Below are positions 16,408 to 25,708 of a stretch of 30,924 bases of DNA, piece by piece. The notes beneath the pieces were generated by a model. It was not told the DNA's origin. It ran no database searches and was given only the letters and a program-made list of their open reading frames with translations. Origin of the DNA: Candidatus Jorgensenbacteria bacterium RIFCSPLOWO2_12_FULL_42_11 (lineage in GTDB: Bacteria; Patescibacteriota; Minisyncoccia; UBA6257; MFKM01); assembly GCA_001779575.1 (NCBI GenBank), contig MFKM01000030.1:1-30924 (forward strand), given 5' to 3'. How positions within the stretch are numbered: the stretch's first letter is position 1; each line of letters begins with the position of its first letter. Both the position numbers and the translations under genes were made by a program.

Positions 16408-16971
16408 TTAAATTTTCCCTATTAAATCTACTCCGGGTTTAAGCGGGTCTTTTCCGGGCGTCCAGTTGGCGGGGCAGACATTGCCTTTGTGGTTGCGGAC
16501 AAATTGGGCCGCTTCAAGTTTGCGCTTTGTTTCCTCAATGCTCCGACCGATGCTATTGTCGTGAATTTCAACGGTTTTGAGAACGCCGTCGGGGTCAATA
16601 ATAAACGTGCCGCGCAACGCCAGGCCTTCCGTTTCAATATAAACGCCAAACAGGCGCGCGATATTGCCGGTCGGATCGGCCAGCATGGGGTATCGCACTT
16701 TGGCAATTGCGGGGGAATTGTCATGCCACGCTTTGTGCGCGAACACCGTATCGGTGCTTATACTCATTATCTCCGCGTCTAATTTTTGAAATTCCGCGTA
16801 ACGCGCCGCCGCGTCTTCCAGCTCCGTCGGGCAAACGAAAGTAAAATCGGCGGGATAAAAAATGAGCGCGATCCATTTCCCGCGATAATCGGAAAGTTTT
16901 ATTTTTTTAATTTCATTGTTCTGGTACGCGTCCAGTTCAAAATCGGGAACTATTGTGTTGATAGCAATCAT
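16408..16971 (-). CDS. ahpC: Typical 2-Cys peroxiredoxin (AhpC)
   Basis: FYPADFTFVCPTE (peroxidatic Cys), ALRGTFIID, VCPANW (resolving Cys). ATG 16971 is preferred over the track start, which overlaps ndh. Confidence 0.95.
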   Translation of the reverse strand: MIAINTIVPDFELDAYQNNEIKKIKLSDYRGKWIALIFYPADFTFVCPTELEDAAARYAEFQKLDAEIMSISTDTVFAHKAWHDNSPAIAKVRYPMLADPTGNIARLFGVYIETEGLALRGTFIIDPDGVLKTVEIHDNSIGRSIEETKRKLEAAQFVRNHKGNVCPANWTPGKDPLKPGVDLIGKI

Positions 16972-16977
16972 ATTCGC

Positions 16978-16986
16978 ATTATACCA
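16978..16986 (-). promoter_or_regulatory. Extended -10 promoter for ahpC (leaderless)
   Basis: TGGTATAAT, 6 nt before the ATG. Confidence 0.6.
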
Positions 16987-16996
16987 CAGCCGGTTT

Positions 16997-18238
16997 TTAT
17001 GGCTGGTCTTTTTGGGGCAGGCAAACCGCGCATGATTCACAGAGTGTTTTGCCGCTTTGAAAAACCAGAATTGCTTTACGCGGCGAAAGAATGGTCAGAA
17101 AAAATCGAAAGTCGGCTAGTTGGCGAAGCCACCACCCGATTTTCCCGTAGAAACGCAACCGGCCGATTATTACCGCCGCCCAGCCGGGCCCCGCCGGTAT
17201 CGCGTAAAACGGCGCGCGGGGCTGGTAAGGCGACAATGGCTTGCCGGCCAGTTTTCTTATCATTGTTTTGGCCGCAAATTTACCGTCGCGAATCGCGGTC
17301 TGCGCCATTCCCGCGTAAAGAGTGGCGGCGGCATCTCCGATGACAAACACGTTTTCGTAATCTTTGGGCTGAAGATATTCATTGACCAAGACACGGCCTT
17401 TTTTATCAATTTCCAATCCGGCAGTTTCGCCATATAAATAGTTTGGTTTCAAGCCGGCAGCCCAAACGACGGTTTTCGTTTTTATTTCCATGTCCTTGAG
17501 ATAAATTCCTTCAACGTCTTCTTTGGTCACTGCTTTGTTGAGAAAGATATCCACTCCTAAATCGCGCAGTCGTTGTTCCACTCGTTTTGACACGTCTTCC
17601 GGCAGAAGAGGCAGGATCCTTGGCGCGGCCTCAATGAGATTGATAGCGATCAGCGACGGGTCAAGGCGGTGGTTTTTCGCCAATTTTTGGCGATAGACCG
17701 CCAGTTCTCCGGCCAGCTCCGCGCCGCTCGCGCCGGCGCCAATTATAATAATACGCGCCGCGCATATTTTTTCCGCGGCATTTATTTTTTCGCAGGAAGC
17801 GAATAATTCATGCAGATGTTTTTTGAGTCGCAAGGCTTCGTTGACGGATTTAAACCCGAACGATAATTCTTGGAGGCCGGGGATGTTAAAATACGCCGTT
17901 TCGTTTCCCAGAGAAAGGACAAGGAAATCAAATGAATAACGCGAGTCGGAACCGCCAACCAATATTTTTTCTTTCAGATTTATTCGCGCGACGGCGTCTT
18001 CAATAATTTCCACGCCGGTGTCGTTAAATATCTCTTTTAGCGGAATGCGTGCCTCAAGCAACGAACGGCCGGTTGCCGCCCGATAGAGCGCGGCGGAATA
18101 TTCAAAATACGGCTTGTCGCTGATTAAAACTATTTTCGCGTTCGGCAATTTTCTTTTCGCTAAATCCAAAGCCGCGCGTATTCCCCCGAATCCGCCGCCG
18201 ACAATGACAATTTTTTTTGACGGTTTTAATGACTCCAT
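16997..18238 (-). CDS. FAD-dependent NADH oxidoreductase, type II NADH dehydrogenase (NDH-2) family
   Basis: IVIVGGGFGG (FAD), FDFLVLSLG, IIIIGAGASGAELAGE (NADH), LIEA, VFVIGD, AQTA; C-terminal CESCAVC. ATG 18238 is preferred over TTG 18274. Confidence 0.85.
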   Translation of the reverse strand: MESLKPSKKIVIVGGGFGGIRAALDLAKRKLPNAKIVLISDKPYFEYSAALYRAATGRSLLEARIPLKEIFNDTGVEIIEDAVARINLKEKILVGGSDSRYSFDFLVLSLGNETAYFNIPGLQELSFGFKSVNEALRLKKHLHELFASCEKINAAEKICAARIIIIGAGASGAELAGELAVYRQKLAKNHRLDPSLIAINLIEAAPRILPLLPEDVSKRVEQRLRDLGVDIFLNKAVTKEDVEGIYLKDMEIKTKTVVWAAGLKPNYLYGETAGLEIDKKGRVLVNEYLQPKDYENVFVIGDAAATLYAGMAQTAIRDGKFAAKTMIRKLAGKPLSPYQPRAPFYAIPAGPGWAAVIIGRLRFYGKIGWWLRQLADFRFFLTILSPRKAILVFQSGKTLCESCAVCLPQKDQP

Positions 18239-18309
18239 CGCATTTATTGTATCAATAAAATAAAAAAATCCCAATCAAAATTAAGATTTTTAATGGCGAA
18301 GGTCGTATT

Positions 18310-18383
18310 TGGTCGGGCTGCCGGGAATTGAACCCGGTCTACATGCACCCCATGCATGCGTACTGCCGGTATACTACAGCCCG
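18310..18383 (-). tRNA. tRNA-Pro (GGG) with encoded CCA
   Basis: Acceptor CGGGCTG/CAGCCCG, anticodon arm CATGC-ATGGGGT-GCATG, T arm CCGGG-TTCAATT-CCCGG, 3' ACCA. Confidence 0.95.
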
Positions 18384-18397
18384 AAGCCCTGTTTGTT

Positions 18398-18583
18398 TTA
18401 GGCCTTGGATTTGGTCAGGGTTTTGATACAGCGGACGCAAGCTTTTACTCTTTTGCCGGCAAGCAGACGAGTCCATTGCAAATTAGGATATTTTTTCGTC
18501 TTTTCGGTGGGATTGTATTTCCCGCGCAGTTTTTTCCGGCTCCTTCCCATTATTGATATTTTTTCGCAAAAATAACATTTCAT
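18398..18583 (-). CDS. rpmB: 50S ribosomal protein L28 (zinc-binding type)
   Basis: 61 aa, basic; CYFC...KYPNLQW...KACVRCIK matches the L28 CxxC...PNLQ...CxxC pattern. Confidence 0.82.
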   Translation of the reverse strand: MKCYFCEKISIMGRSRKKLRGKYNPTEKTKKYPNLQWTRLLAGKRVKACVRCIKTLTKSKA

Positions 18584-18590
18584 AATACTC

Positions 18591-18614
18591 TTTATATTAA
18601 AAGGTTGTTATAAT
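18591..18614. promoter_or_regulatory. Back-to-back -10 elements for leaderless rpmB and the M50 protease gene
   Basis: Minus strand: TATAAA (18596-18591), 7 nt before the rpmB ATG. Plus strand: TGTTATAAT (18606-18614), 7 nt before ATG 18622. Confidence 0.55.
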
Positions 18615-18621
18615 AAAATCA

Positions 18622-19257
18622 ATGCCCGATATTTCCATCAAAATTTTTCAGCTGATTGTCTTGTACTCGTCAATCGTGATCCATGAAGTTTCGCATGGAA
18701 TGGCCGCTTATAAGTTAGGGGACCCGACGGCCAAATTGGCCGGTCGGTTAAGCTTTAATCCCTTAAAGCACATTGACCCGTTTGGCACGGTTATTCTGCC
18801 TTTGCTTCTGGTTTTTTCCCAAAGCCCTTTTATCATTTGCTACGCCAAACCGGTTCCTTTCAACCCCAATAATTTTCGGGATGTTAAAAAAGGAACGATC
18901 CTGACGGGATTGGCCGGACCATTGTCAAACATTGTTTTGGCGATTATTTTCGGGTTGTTGATAAGATTATTGAGTTTTTTCGGGTTGTTGTCTTTTGACC
19001 TTTTATCGCTTTTGTCTGTAATTGTTTTTTTAAACATTTTACTGGCTCTTTTTAACCTGGCTCCTTTTCCTCCTTTTGACGGTCATCATCTGGTTTTTTC
19101 TCTTTTGCCGGGGGAATTGCGCGGGCTTAAAGTTTTTTTGTCCGAGAATTCCTGGATTTTGATGCTGGTTTGGATTTTTATTATTTTTCCGTCTTTACTG
19201 GTTCCCTTAGTTTATCAGTTTTCAAGGATTATTATAGGCGGCTCGATTGGGCTTTAG
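18622..19257 (+). CDS. Site-2 protease family (M50) intramembrane zinc metalloprotease
   Basis: HEVSH, NPLKHIDPFG, YAKPVP, LAGPLSN, FNLAPFPPFDG. Confidence 0.9.
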   Translation: MPDISIKIFQLIVLYSSIVIHEVSHGMAAYKLGDPTAKLAGRLSFNPLKHIDPFGTVILPLLLVFSQSPFIICYAKPVPFNPNNFRDVKKGTILTGLAGPLSNIVLAIIFGLLIRLLSFFGLLSFDLLSLLSVIVFLNILLALFNLAPFPPFDGHHLVFSLLPGELRGLKVFLSENSWILMLVWIFIIFPSLLVPLVYQFSRIIIGGSIGL

Positions 19258-19272
19258 GCGGGTTTTGGAAGA

Positions 19273-20721
19273 ATGAAAACGGCTGGAGAAAATGAGATTA
19301 AATTAGCTTTAATTACCTTACAGAATGAAGGCGACCGCCAACCGCCCTTTGGCCTTCTTTATCTGGCCACTTATTTAGAGAAAAAAATTGGATTCCGAAA
19401 CACCAAAATTATAGATAAAAACTTTGAAGATGTCATGGCCGGGGTTAGGGAATATAACCCGGATTTAGCGGGAATTAGCGCTATGACTATTCACTACGAA
19501 GAAGCGAGCGAACGCGCCAAGGCTATAAAGAAAATTTTTCAGATTCCCGTCATCATAGGCGGGGTCCATGTTTCTTTGTTGCCGAATTCTTTAAGAACTT
19601 GTTTTGATATTGGCGTTATCGGAGAAGGCGAAGAAACATTCAAGGAGCTCATTTCGTTATATCAAGAAAAGAAGGAATTTAATCGGGCGGATTTAAGAAA
19701 AATCAAGGGAATCGCTTTTTGGGATGAAAATGGAAAAATAGAAATAACCGCCAGAAGGGAATTTATAAAAAACCTGGATGAAATCCCCCCGCTGGATTAT
19801 AAATACGCGGACAAAAGATACTTTGAGCCCAAACCGATTATTGGAGTCGGAAAACTGGCCAGACGGGGCTGGATCCTAACTTCTCGCGGCTGTCCCTTTC
19901 GTTGCCGTTTTTGCGCCACTTCCGATTTTTGGGGAAGCGGTTTAACCAGGTTTCATTCGCCTCAATACATCGTGTCGCATATTAAATATCTTAAGGAAAA
20001 TTTTAAAATTCAGCATTTGTTATTTTGCGACGACCTTTTTACTCTGGATAGAAATCGTCTAAAGGAAATCGCCAGGCTTTGCGAGAAAGAGAATTTATTG
20101 GACGGCCTGACCACCACGGCCCAGGCGAGGGCCAACACCGTTGACGATGAAATGGGCGAAATTTGCCGCAAGCTCAATATCAAGATTCTTCAATTTGGCT
20201 TTGAAAGCGGTTCTAAAAAAGTTCTCCAGTGGCTAAAAGGGCCGACGGTTAGCCCGGAAATTAATTTGAGGGCCATTGAAATTTCTTCACGCCATAAAAT
20301 AAAGGTTTTCGGCAGTTTGATGATGGGGGTGCCCGGAGAAACCCTTGAGGATATGAAAGAAACTTACGAGTTTATTAAAAAAGCGGTCAAAAAAGGCGCT
20401 TATCTTTTCTTGTTTGTCGCCACTCCTTATCCCGGAGGAGAATTTTGGGAGACCGCCAAAGACCGAAAAAAAGTCAACGAGGAAATGGATTTTGCCCAGC
20501 TATCTCTTTATTCTTGCCATAACCCTCTCTTATTGGATGAAAGAATAGATAAAGAAAAATTCGCGGAATTATTTTTAGAAACAAGAAAATTATTAAGATT
20601 TCAGAAATACAAGATGGTTTGGGAAATCTTATTGAATGACCCGTTGGGAATAATATTGATTATTTTCAGAAACCCTTTCTTTTGGTTTAAAAGAATATCG
20701 CTCTGGCTTGGCAAGCGTTAA
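19273..20721 (+). CDS. Cobalamin-binding radical SAM enzyme (class B-like)
   Basis: N-terminal B12-binding domain (PPFGLLYLA, PDLAGIS, IGGVH, GEGE), SRGCPFRCRFC, FCDD, GFESGS, GVPGET. Confidence 0.88.
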   Translation: MKTAGENEIKLALITLQNEGDRQPPFGLLYLATYLEKKIGFRNTKIIDKNFEDVMAGVREYNPDLAGISAMTIHYEEASERAKAIKKIFQIPVIIGGVHVSLLPNSLRTCFDIGVIGEGEETFKELISLYQEKKEFNRADLRKIKGIAFWDENGKIEITARREFIKNLDEIPPLDYKYADKRYFEPKPIIGVGKLARRGWILTSRGCPFRCRFCATSDFWGSGLTRFHSPQYIVSHIKYLKENFKIQHLLFCDDLFTLDRNRLKEIARLCEKENLLDGLTTTAQARANTVDDEMGEICRKLNIKILQFGFESGSKKVLQWLKGPTVSPEINLRAIEISSRHKIKVFGSLMMGVPGETLEDMKETYEFIKKAVKKGAYLFLFVATPYPGGEFWETAKDRKKVNEEMDFAQLSLYSCHNPLLLDERIDKEKFAELFLETRKLLRFQKYKMVWEILLNDPLGIILIIFRNPFFWFKRISLWLGKR

Positions 20722-20732
20722 AGGCGCGGGGG

Positions 20733-20762
20733 TTGACAATGGCTCTATGTTTTTGGTAGTTT
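20733..20762 (+). promoter_or_regulatory. Promoter of the str operon
   Basis: TTGACA (20733-20738), 18-bp spacer ending TGG, TAGTTT (20757-20762). Confidence 0.6.
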
Positions 20763-20787
20763 TATTGAATATCGTTTTCAAAGATCA

Positions 20788-21201
20788 ATGCCCACCGTCA
20801 ATCAATTAATCAAAAAAGGGAGAGCGAAATCTGTCAGGAAAAAGAAAACCCCGGCCCTGGGGCGTTATTTTAATAACCTGAAAAATCGTCCGACTTTATC
20901 AATCTCGCCTTTTAAGCGGGGAGTTTGCCTGAAGGTTTTCACCACCACCCCCAAAAAACCGAATTCCGCTTTAAGAAAAGTGGCTCGGGTGCGATTGAGC
21001 AACGGCATGGAAGTGACGGCCTATATTCCCGGCGAAGGACACCAGCTTCAGGAACACTCGGTGGTTTTGGTTCGCGGCGGACGGGTTAAGGATTTGCCGG
21101 GCGTGAGATATCATATTGTCCGAGGCATTTTGGACACTACCGGCGTGGAAGGCAGAAAACAGCAACGGTCAAAATATGGGGCGAAAAAACCCAAACAATA
21201 A
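20788..21201 (+). CDS. rpsL: 30S ribosomal protein S12
   Basis: [43 protein letters not shown]. Confidence 0.99.
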   Translation: MPTVNQLIKKGRAKSVRKKKTPALGRYFNNLKNRPTLSISPFKRGVCLKVFTTTPKKPNSALRKVARVRLSNGMEVTAYIPGEGHQLQEHSVVLVRGGRVKDLPGVRYHIVRGILDTTGVEGRKQQRSKYGAKKPKQ

Positions 21202-21230
21202 AGAAAATAGAATAAATTAAATTCTAAGTT

Positions 21231-21704
21231 ATGCGCAAAAAACAAATTTATAAAAATAGAAAATTACGCCAGCCCGACATTAAATACGAAAGTCTGACCG
21301 TCGGCCGGTTTATCAATTATTTAATGATTGAAGGTAAGAAAGCTTTGGCTGAAAAAATATTTTATCAGGCCTTGGAACGCGTTCAAAAAACAACCCAGCA
21401 GGAGCCAATGAAAATTTTTGAAAAAGCCCTGGAAAACGCCAGCCCGCTTTTAGCGGTAGTTTCAAGGAGGGTCGGGGGGGCCAATTACCAGGTGCCAATG
21501 GAAGTGAGGCCGGAAAGAAAATTTTTTCTGGCCGGTCATTGGCTTATTAAAGCGGCCCGGTCGCGGAAAGGAAAAACCATGGCGGAAAATTTGGCGGAAG
21601 AAATTATCGCCGCTTCCAAAAACGAAGGCGCGGCCATCAAAAAGAAACAAGATATGCATCGAATAGCGGAAGCCAACCGAGCTTTCGCGCACTTTGCGAG
21701 ATAG
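21231..21704 (+). CDS. rpsG: 30S ribosomal protein S7
   Basis: GKKALAEKI, RRVGGANYQVP, EANRAFAHF. Confidence 0.98.
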   Translation: MRKKQIYKNRKLRQPDIKYESLTVGRFINYLMIEGKKALAEKIFYQALERVQKTTQQEPMKIFEKALENASPLLAVVSRRVGGANYQVPMEVRPERKFFLAGHWLIKAARSRKGKTMAENLAEEIIAASKNEGAAIKKKQDMHRIAEANRAFAHFAR

Positions 21705-21705
21705 T

Positions 21706-21788
21706 TATGAAGGTATAGGGGACAGCGTATAGGGTATGGTCATAAAAGTCGTACCCTAAACACTAAACCCTATGCCCTAAATCCTATG
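21706..21788. repeat. 7-bp-period hairpin between rpsG and fusA
   Basis: G-rich arm GTATAGG GGACAGC GTATAGG GTATGGT opposite C-rich arm CCCTAAA CACTAAA CCCTATG CCCTAAA TCCTATG, which ends in the fusA ATG. Confidence 0.75.
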
Positions 21789-23915
21789 CCAAGACAATAC
21801 CCTTTAGAAAAATATCGCGATATCGGCATCATTGCTCACATTGATGCCGGCAAGACGACCGTTTCCGAACGGATTCTTTTTTACACCGGAATTTCCCACA
21901 AAATCGGCGAGGTTCACACTGGCGATACCGTTATGGACTGGATGGAGCAGGAACGGGAAAGAGGAATTACGATAACGGCGGCGGCCACCACTTGTTATTG
22001 GACGCCAACTTATTTGGGCGCGCAAGTTAGCGCGAACAACAACTCTAATAAACGCGAAAACGAATACAGAGTTAACATTATTGACACTCCCGGCCACATT
22101 GATTTTACCGTTGAAGTTCAGCGCTCGCTTAGGGTGCTTGACGGCGGGGTGGTGGTTTTTGACGGAGTGGCCGGCGTGGAGCCGCAGTCGGAAACGGTTT
22201 GGCGTCAGGCGGACAAATACAAAGTCCCGCGGATTTGTTTTGTCAATAAACTTGACCGAATGGGGGCGGATTTTGAAAAAGTGTTGCAATCTATCAGGGA
22301 TCGTTTGCATCCGAAACCGGCAGTGCTCCAGTGGCCCATTGGTTTGGAAGAAAAATTTGAAGGAATTATTGATTTATTGAAACAGCAGGCTTTTTATTTT
22401 GAAGGCGAACATGGCGAGCAAATAATTCCTAAAGAAATCCCGGCTGATTTTAAAAAATTAGCCGAGGAAAAAAGAAGAAAACTGGTGGAATTAATCGCCG
22501 AAACCGACGATAATTTATTACATCGTTATTTAGAAGGACAAGAAATCGGTTTTGAGGATTTAAAAAAGGCCTTAAGACAAGCTTGCTTGAAAGGAGAATT
22601 GATTCCGGTGCTTTGCGGAAGCGCCCTGAAAAATAAAGGCGTTCAGCTTCTTTTGGACGCGGTTGTTGATTATTTGCCTTCGCCGCTTGATTTGCCGGAT
22701 GTGAAAGGATTCAATCCGGAAAATCAGAAAGAAGAAATAAGAGCGCCAAAAGACGATCAGCCTTTCGCGGCCCTGGCTTTTAAAATCGCGGCCGATCCTT
22801 TTGTCGGTTCTTTGACTTATTTTCGGGTTTATTCCGGAATTTTGAAAAAAGGGAGCTATCTCCTTAACGCCAATAAAAATTCCCAGGAAAGAATCGGCCG
22901 GATTTTAAGGATGCACGCCAATCATCGGGAAGAATTAGAGGAAATTTGCGCCGGCGATCTTGGCGCTTTCGTGGGTTTAAAAAATACGACTACCGGAGAC
23001 ACGCTTTGCGATCCAAGCCAGCCGGTTATTTTAGAAAAGATTGTTTTCCCGGAGCCGGTAATTTCTATCCGGATTGAGCCGAAAACCAAAGCGGACCAGG
23101 AGAAAATGTCTTTGGCTTTGCATCGGCTCCAGGAGGAAGACCCGACTTTCAAAGTAGTGGGCGACCCTGATACCGGCGAGACCATTATCTGGGGAATGGG
23201 CGAGCTTCATTTGGAAATTATCGTTGACCGGATGAAACGGGAATTCGGCGTTGAAGGCAATGTCGGTCGGCCCCAGGTGGCTTACAAAGAAACGGTAGTG
23301 GGAACAGCTGAAGCCGAGGGCCGATACATTCGCCAATCCGGCGGCCGGGGCCAGTACGGTCATGTTTGGTTAAAAGTAGAACCTTTGGAGCGAGGCAAGG
23401 GTTTTGAATTTGTTAACGCTATCAGAGGAGGCACTATTCCTTCGGAATTTATTCCGGCCGTGGAAAAAGGAGTTAAGGAAGCGATGGACAAAGGAGTTTT
23501 GGCCGGTTATCCTTTCGTTGACACTCAGGTTTCTCTTTATGACGGCTCTTTTCACGAGGTTGATTCTTCGGAAGCGGCTTTTAAAATCGCCGGTTCTATC
23601 GCTTTTCAGGAGGCCGCTAAAAGAGCCAAAACAATTTTATTAGAGCCGATGATGAAAGTTCAGGTAATTACCCCGCCGGATTTTTTGGGTGAAGTAAACG
23701 GCGACCTTAACGCCCGCCGGGGCAAAATTGAGGCCTTGACGGAAAGAATTGGGATTAATGTCATTGATGTCAAAGTTCCCTTGGCGGAAATGTTTGGCTA
23801 CGCCACTAATATAAGGTCAATGACCCAGGGCCGCGGCAGTTTCACGATGGAATTCAATAGTTACGAAGAAGTGCCCAATAATATTACCCAGCAGATTGCC
23901 GAGGGGAAGAAGTAG
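21786..23915 (+). CDS. fusA: Elongation factor G
   Basis: [56 protein letters not shown]-like motif. Confidence 0.99.
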   Translation: MPRQYPLEKYRDIGIIAHIDAGKTTVSERILFYTGISHKIGEVHTGDTVMDWMEQERERGITITAAATTCYWTPTYLGAQVSANNNSNKRENEYRVNIIDTPGHIDFTVEVQRSLRVLDGGVVVFDGVAGVEPQSETVWRQADKYKVPRICFVNKLDRMGADFEKVLQSIRDRLHPKPAVLQWPIGLEEKFEGIIDLLKQQAFYFEGEHGEQIIPKEIPADFKKLAEEKRRKLVELIAETDDNLLHRYLEGQEIGFEDLKKALRQACLKGELIPVLCGSALKNKGVQLLLDAVVDYLPSPLDLPDVKGFNPENQKEEIRAPKDDQPFAALAFKIAADPFVGSLTYFRVYSGILKKGSYLLNANKNSQERIGRILRMHANHREELEEICAGDLGAFVGLKNTTTGDTLCDPSQPVILEKIVFPEPVISIRIEPKTKADQEKMSLALHRLQEEDPTFKVVGDPDTGETIIWGMGELHLEIIVDRMKREFGVEGNVGRPQVAYKETVVGTAEAEGRYIRQSGGRGQYGHVWLKVEPLERGKGFEFVNAIRGGTIPSEFIPAVEKGVKEAMDKGVLAGYPFVDTQVSLYDGSFHEVDSSEAAFKIAGSIAFQEAAKRAKTILLEPMMKVQVITPPDFLGEVNGDLNARRGKIEALTERIGINVIDVKVPLAEMFGYATNIRSMTQGRGSFTMEFNSYEEVPNNITQQIAEGKK

Positions 23916-23920
23916 AAGGG

Positions 23921-23949
23921 TTGACATAAAAAAAATTTCACTATAAACT
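23921..23949 (+). promoter_or_regulatory. Internal promoter for tuf and the S10 operon
   Basis: TTGACA, 17-bp spacer, TAAACT. Confidence 0.65.
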
Positions 23950-24006
23950 AACCTGGTCGGTTATTATTAAAAACAGAAAATTAAAAACAGAAACTAAAAA
24001 AATAAT

Positions 24007-25206
24007 ATGGCGGAAAAAACAAAATTTATTAGAACGAAACCCCACGTTAATGTCGGAACCATTGGCCACATTGACCACGGCAAAACGACTTTAACGGCGG
24101 CTATCATGCACGTTTTGCAATTAAAAGGTCTTATTCAAAAAGCGGAAACAATTGACCAGATTGACAACGCGCCCGAAGAAAAAGCCCGGGGCATTACCAT
24201 TGCCATTCACCATTCGGAATACGAAACCGAAAAAAGACATTACGCTCACATTGATTGTCCGGGACACGCTGACTATATTAAAAACATGATTACCGGTTCC
24301 GCCCAGATGGACGGAGCGATTTTAGCGGTTTCAGCGGCTGACGGCCCGATGCCTCAAACCCGAGAACATATTCTTTTGGCCCGTCAGGTCGGCGTTCCGA
24401 CGATGGTGGTTTTTTTGAACAAAGTTGACCAAGTAGACGACAAAGAATTGATTGATTTGGTGGAATCGGAGGTTCGGGAACTTTTGAAGAAATATGAATT
24501 TCCGGGTGATGAAATTCCGATTATTCGCGGTTCGGCTCTTAAGGCCTTGGAGGCCAAATCCATTGACGATGAATGGTGTAAGCCGATTTTGGAATTAGCC
24601 AAGGCGCTTGACGAATATATTCCCGACCCGGTCAGAGAAACAGATAAGCCTTTCCTTATGCCGATTGAAGATATTTTCAGCATTGAAGGACGGGGGACGG
24701 TTGTGACCGGCAGAATTGAACGGGGAGTGGTTAAGGTGAACGAAGAGGTTGAATTAGTTGGCTTGAAGCCGACCAGCAAGGTGACGGTAACCGGCATTGA
24801 AATGTTTAATAAAATTTTAGACGAAGGGCAGGCCGGTGAAAATGTCGGTATTTTGCTCCGCGGTTTGAAAAAAGAAGACGTGGAGCGCGGTCAGGTCATC
24901 GCTAAAATTGGCAGCGTAACGCCGCATACTGAATTTGAAGCCAGTGTTTATATTTTAAGCAAAGAGGAGGGCGGGCGGCATACGCCGTTTTTCACCGGTT
25001 ACAAGCCCCAATTTTATATCCGGACTTGCGATATTACCGGCGAAGCGACCTTGCCGGCGGGAATTGAGATGGTCATGCCCGGCGATACCGTTAGCCCGAT
25101 CATTAAACTTATCGCTCCGGTAGCCTTGGAAGAGAAACAGCGTTTCGCTATCCGCGAAGGAGGCAAGACGGTGGGCGCCGGCGCTATAACCAAAATAACA
25201 AAGTAA
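24007..25206 (+). CDS. tuf: Elongation factor Tu
   Basis: [42 protein letters not shown]. Confidence 0.99.
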   Translation: MAEKTKFIRTKPHVNVGTIGHIDHGKTTLTAAIMHVLQLKGLIQKAETIDQIDNAPEEKARGITIAIHHSEYETEKRHYAHIDCPGHADYIKNMITGSAQMDGAILAVSAADGPMPQTREHILLARQVGVPTMVVFLNKVDQVDDKELIDLVESEVRELLKKYEFPGDEIPIIRGSALKALEAKSIDDEWCKPILELAKALDEYIPDPVRETDKPFLMPIEDIFSIEGRGTVVTGRIERGVVKVNEEVELVGLKPTSKVTVTGIEMFNKILDEGQAGENVGILLRGLKKEDVERGQVIAKIGSVTPHTEFEASVYILSKEEGGRHTPFFTGYKPQFYIRTCDITGEATLPAGIEMVMPGDTVSPIIKLIAPVALEEKQRFAIREGGKTVGAGAITKITK

Positions 25207-25230
25207 GAATTTTTTCTAAGTAGAATAAGC

Positions 25231-25254
25231 CTTGCCTGCCTGCCGGCAGGCAAG
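25231..25254. repeat. Short REP-like palindrome
   Basis: CTTGCCTGCCTGCCGGCAGGCAAG with perfect core TGCCTGCCGGCAGGCA. Confidence 0.8.
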
Positions 25255-25270
25255 TTGAAAATTAAGACAC

Positions 25271-25609
25271 ATGGCAAAAAAAGTTTCCGACAAAAAAGAA
25301 GACAAGGAAAAATTGAGGTTGAAAATTAAGTCTTACGATCACAAGCTGATTGACAATTCTTGTCGGCAGATTATTGAAGTGGTTGAGCGTCAGGGAGGAG
25401 AATTGGTCGGTCCGGTTCCTTTACCTACCGAATTCCGCCGTTATACCGTTAATCGTTCAACTTTTGTCCATAAGAACGCGCGGGAACAATTTGAAATGCG
25501 CGTTCATAAACGCCTGATTGACATCGTTAACCCCAATCAGAAAATCATTGATTCCTTGACTAATCTCAATTTGCCGGCGGGGGTTGATGTTGAAATAAAA
25601 ATGATGTAA
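25271..25609 (+). CDS. rpsJ: 30S ribosomal protein S10
   Basis: LRLKIKSYDH, GPVPLPT, FVHKNAREQFEMRVHKRLIDI, LPAGVDVEI. Confidence 0.98.
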   Translation: MAKKVSDKKEDKEKLRLKIKSYDHKLIDNSCRQIIEVVERQGGELVGPVPLPTEFRRYTVNRSTFVHKNAREQFEMRVHKRLIDIVNPNQKIIDSLTNLNLPAGVDVEIKMM

Positions 25610-25650
25610 AATGCGGCAAAGAAATAAAGGATTTAGCCAAAGAATAATTT

Positions 25651-25685
25651 AAACTGCCAAGGCTAAACCTGGGCAGTTTTGATTT
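25651..25685 (+). terminator. Terminator-like hairpin between rpsJ and rplC
   Basis: AAACTGCC-A-AGG-CTAAA-CCT-G-GGCAGTTT followed by TGATTT. Confidence 0.6.
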
Positions 25686-25708
25686 GCGACAAATAATAAA
25701 ATAATTTT

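Noticed and set aside
16786-17437. Plus-strand ORFs 16786..17343 (185 aa) and 17120..17437
   Set aside because: They are antisense shadows of ahpC and ndh with no motifs.
15349-18383. Genomic island bounded by two tRNA-Pro genes
   Set aside because: They are two complete isoacceptors with different sequences; no duplicated att fragment or integrase is present.
19273-20721. RimO (S12 methylthiotransferase) identity for the radical SAM gene next to rpsL
   Set aside because: It has an N-terminal B12-binding domain and lacks the UPF0004 cysteines and TRAM domain of methylthiotransferases.
20850-20910. Insertion in S12 ([15 protein letters not shown])
   Set aside because: An insert of this kind at this position is widespread (e.g. 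Firmicutes-type S12), so it is not unusual.
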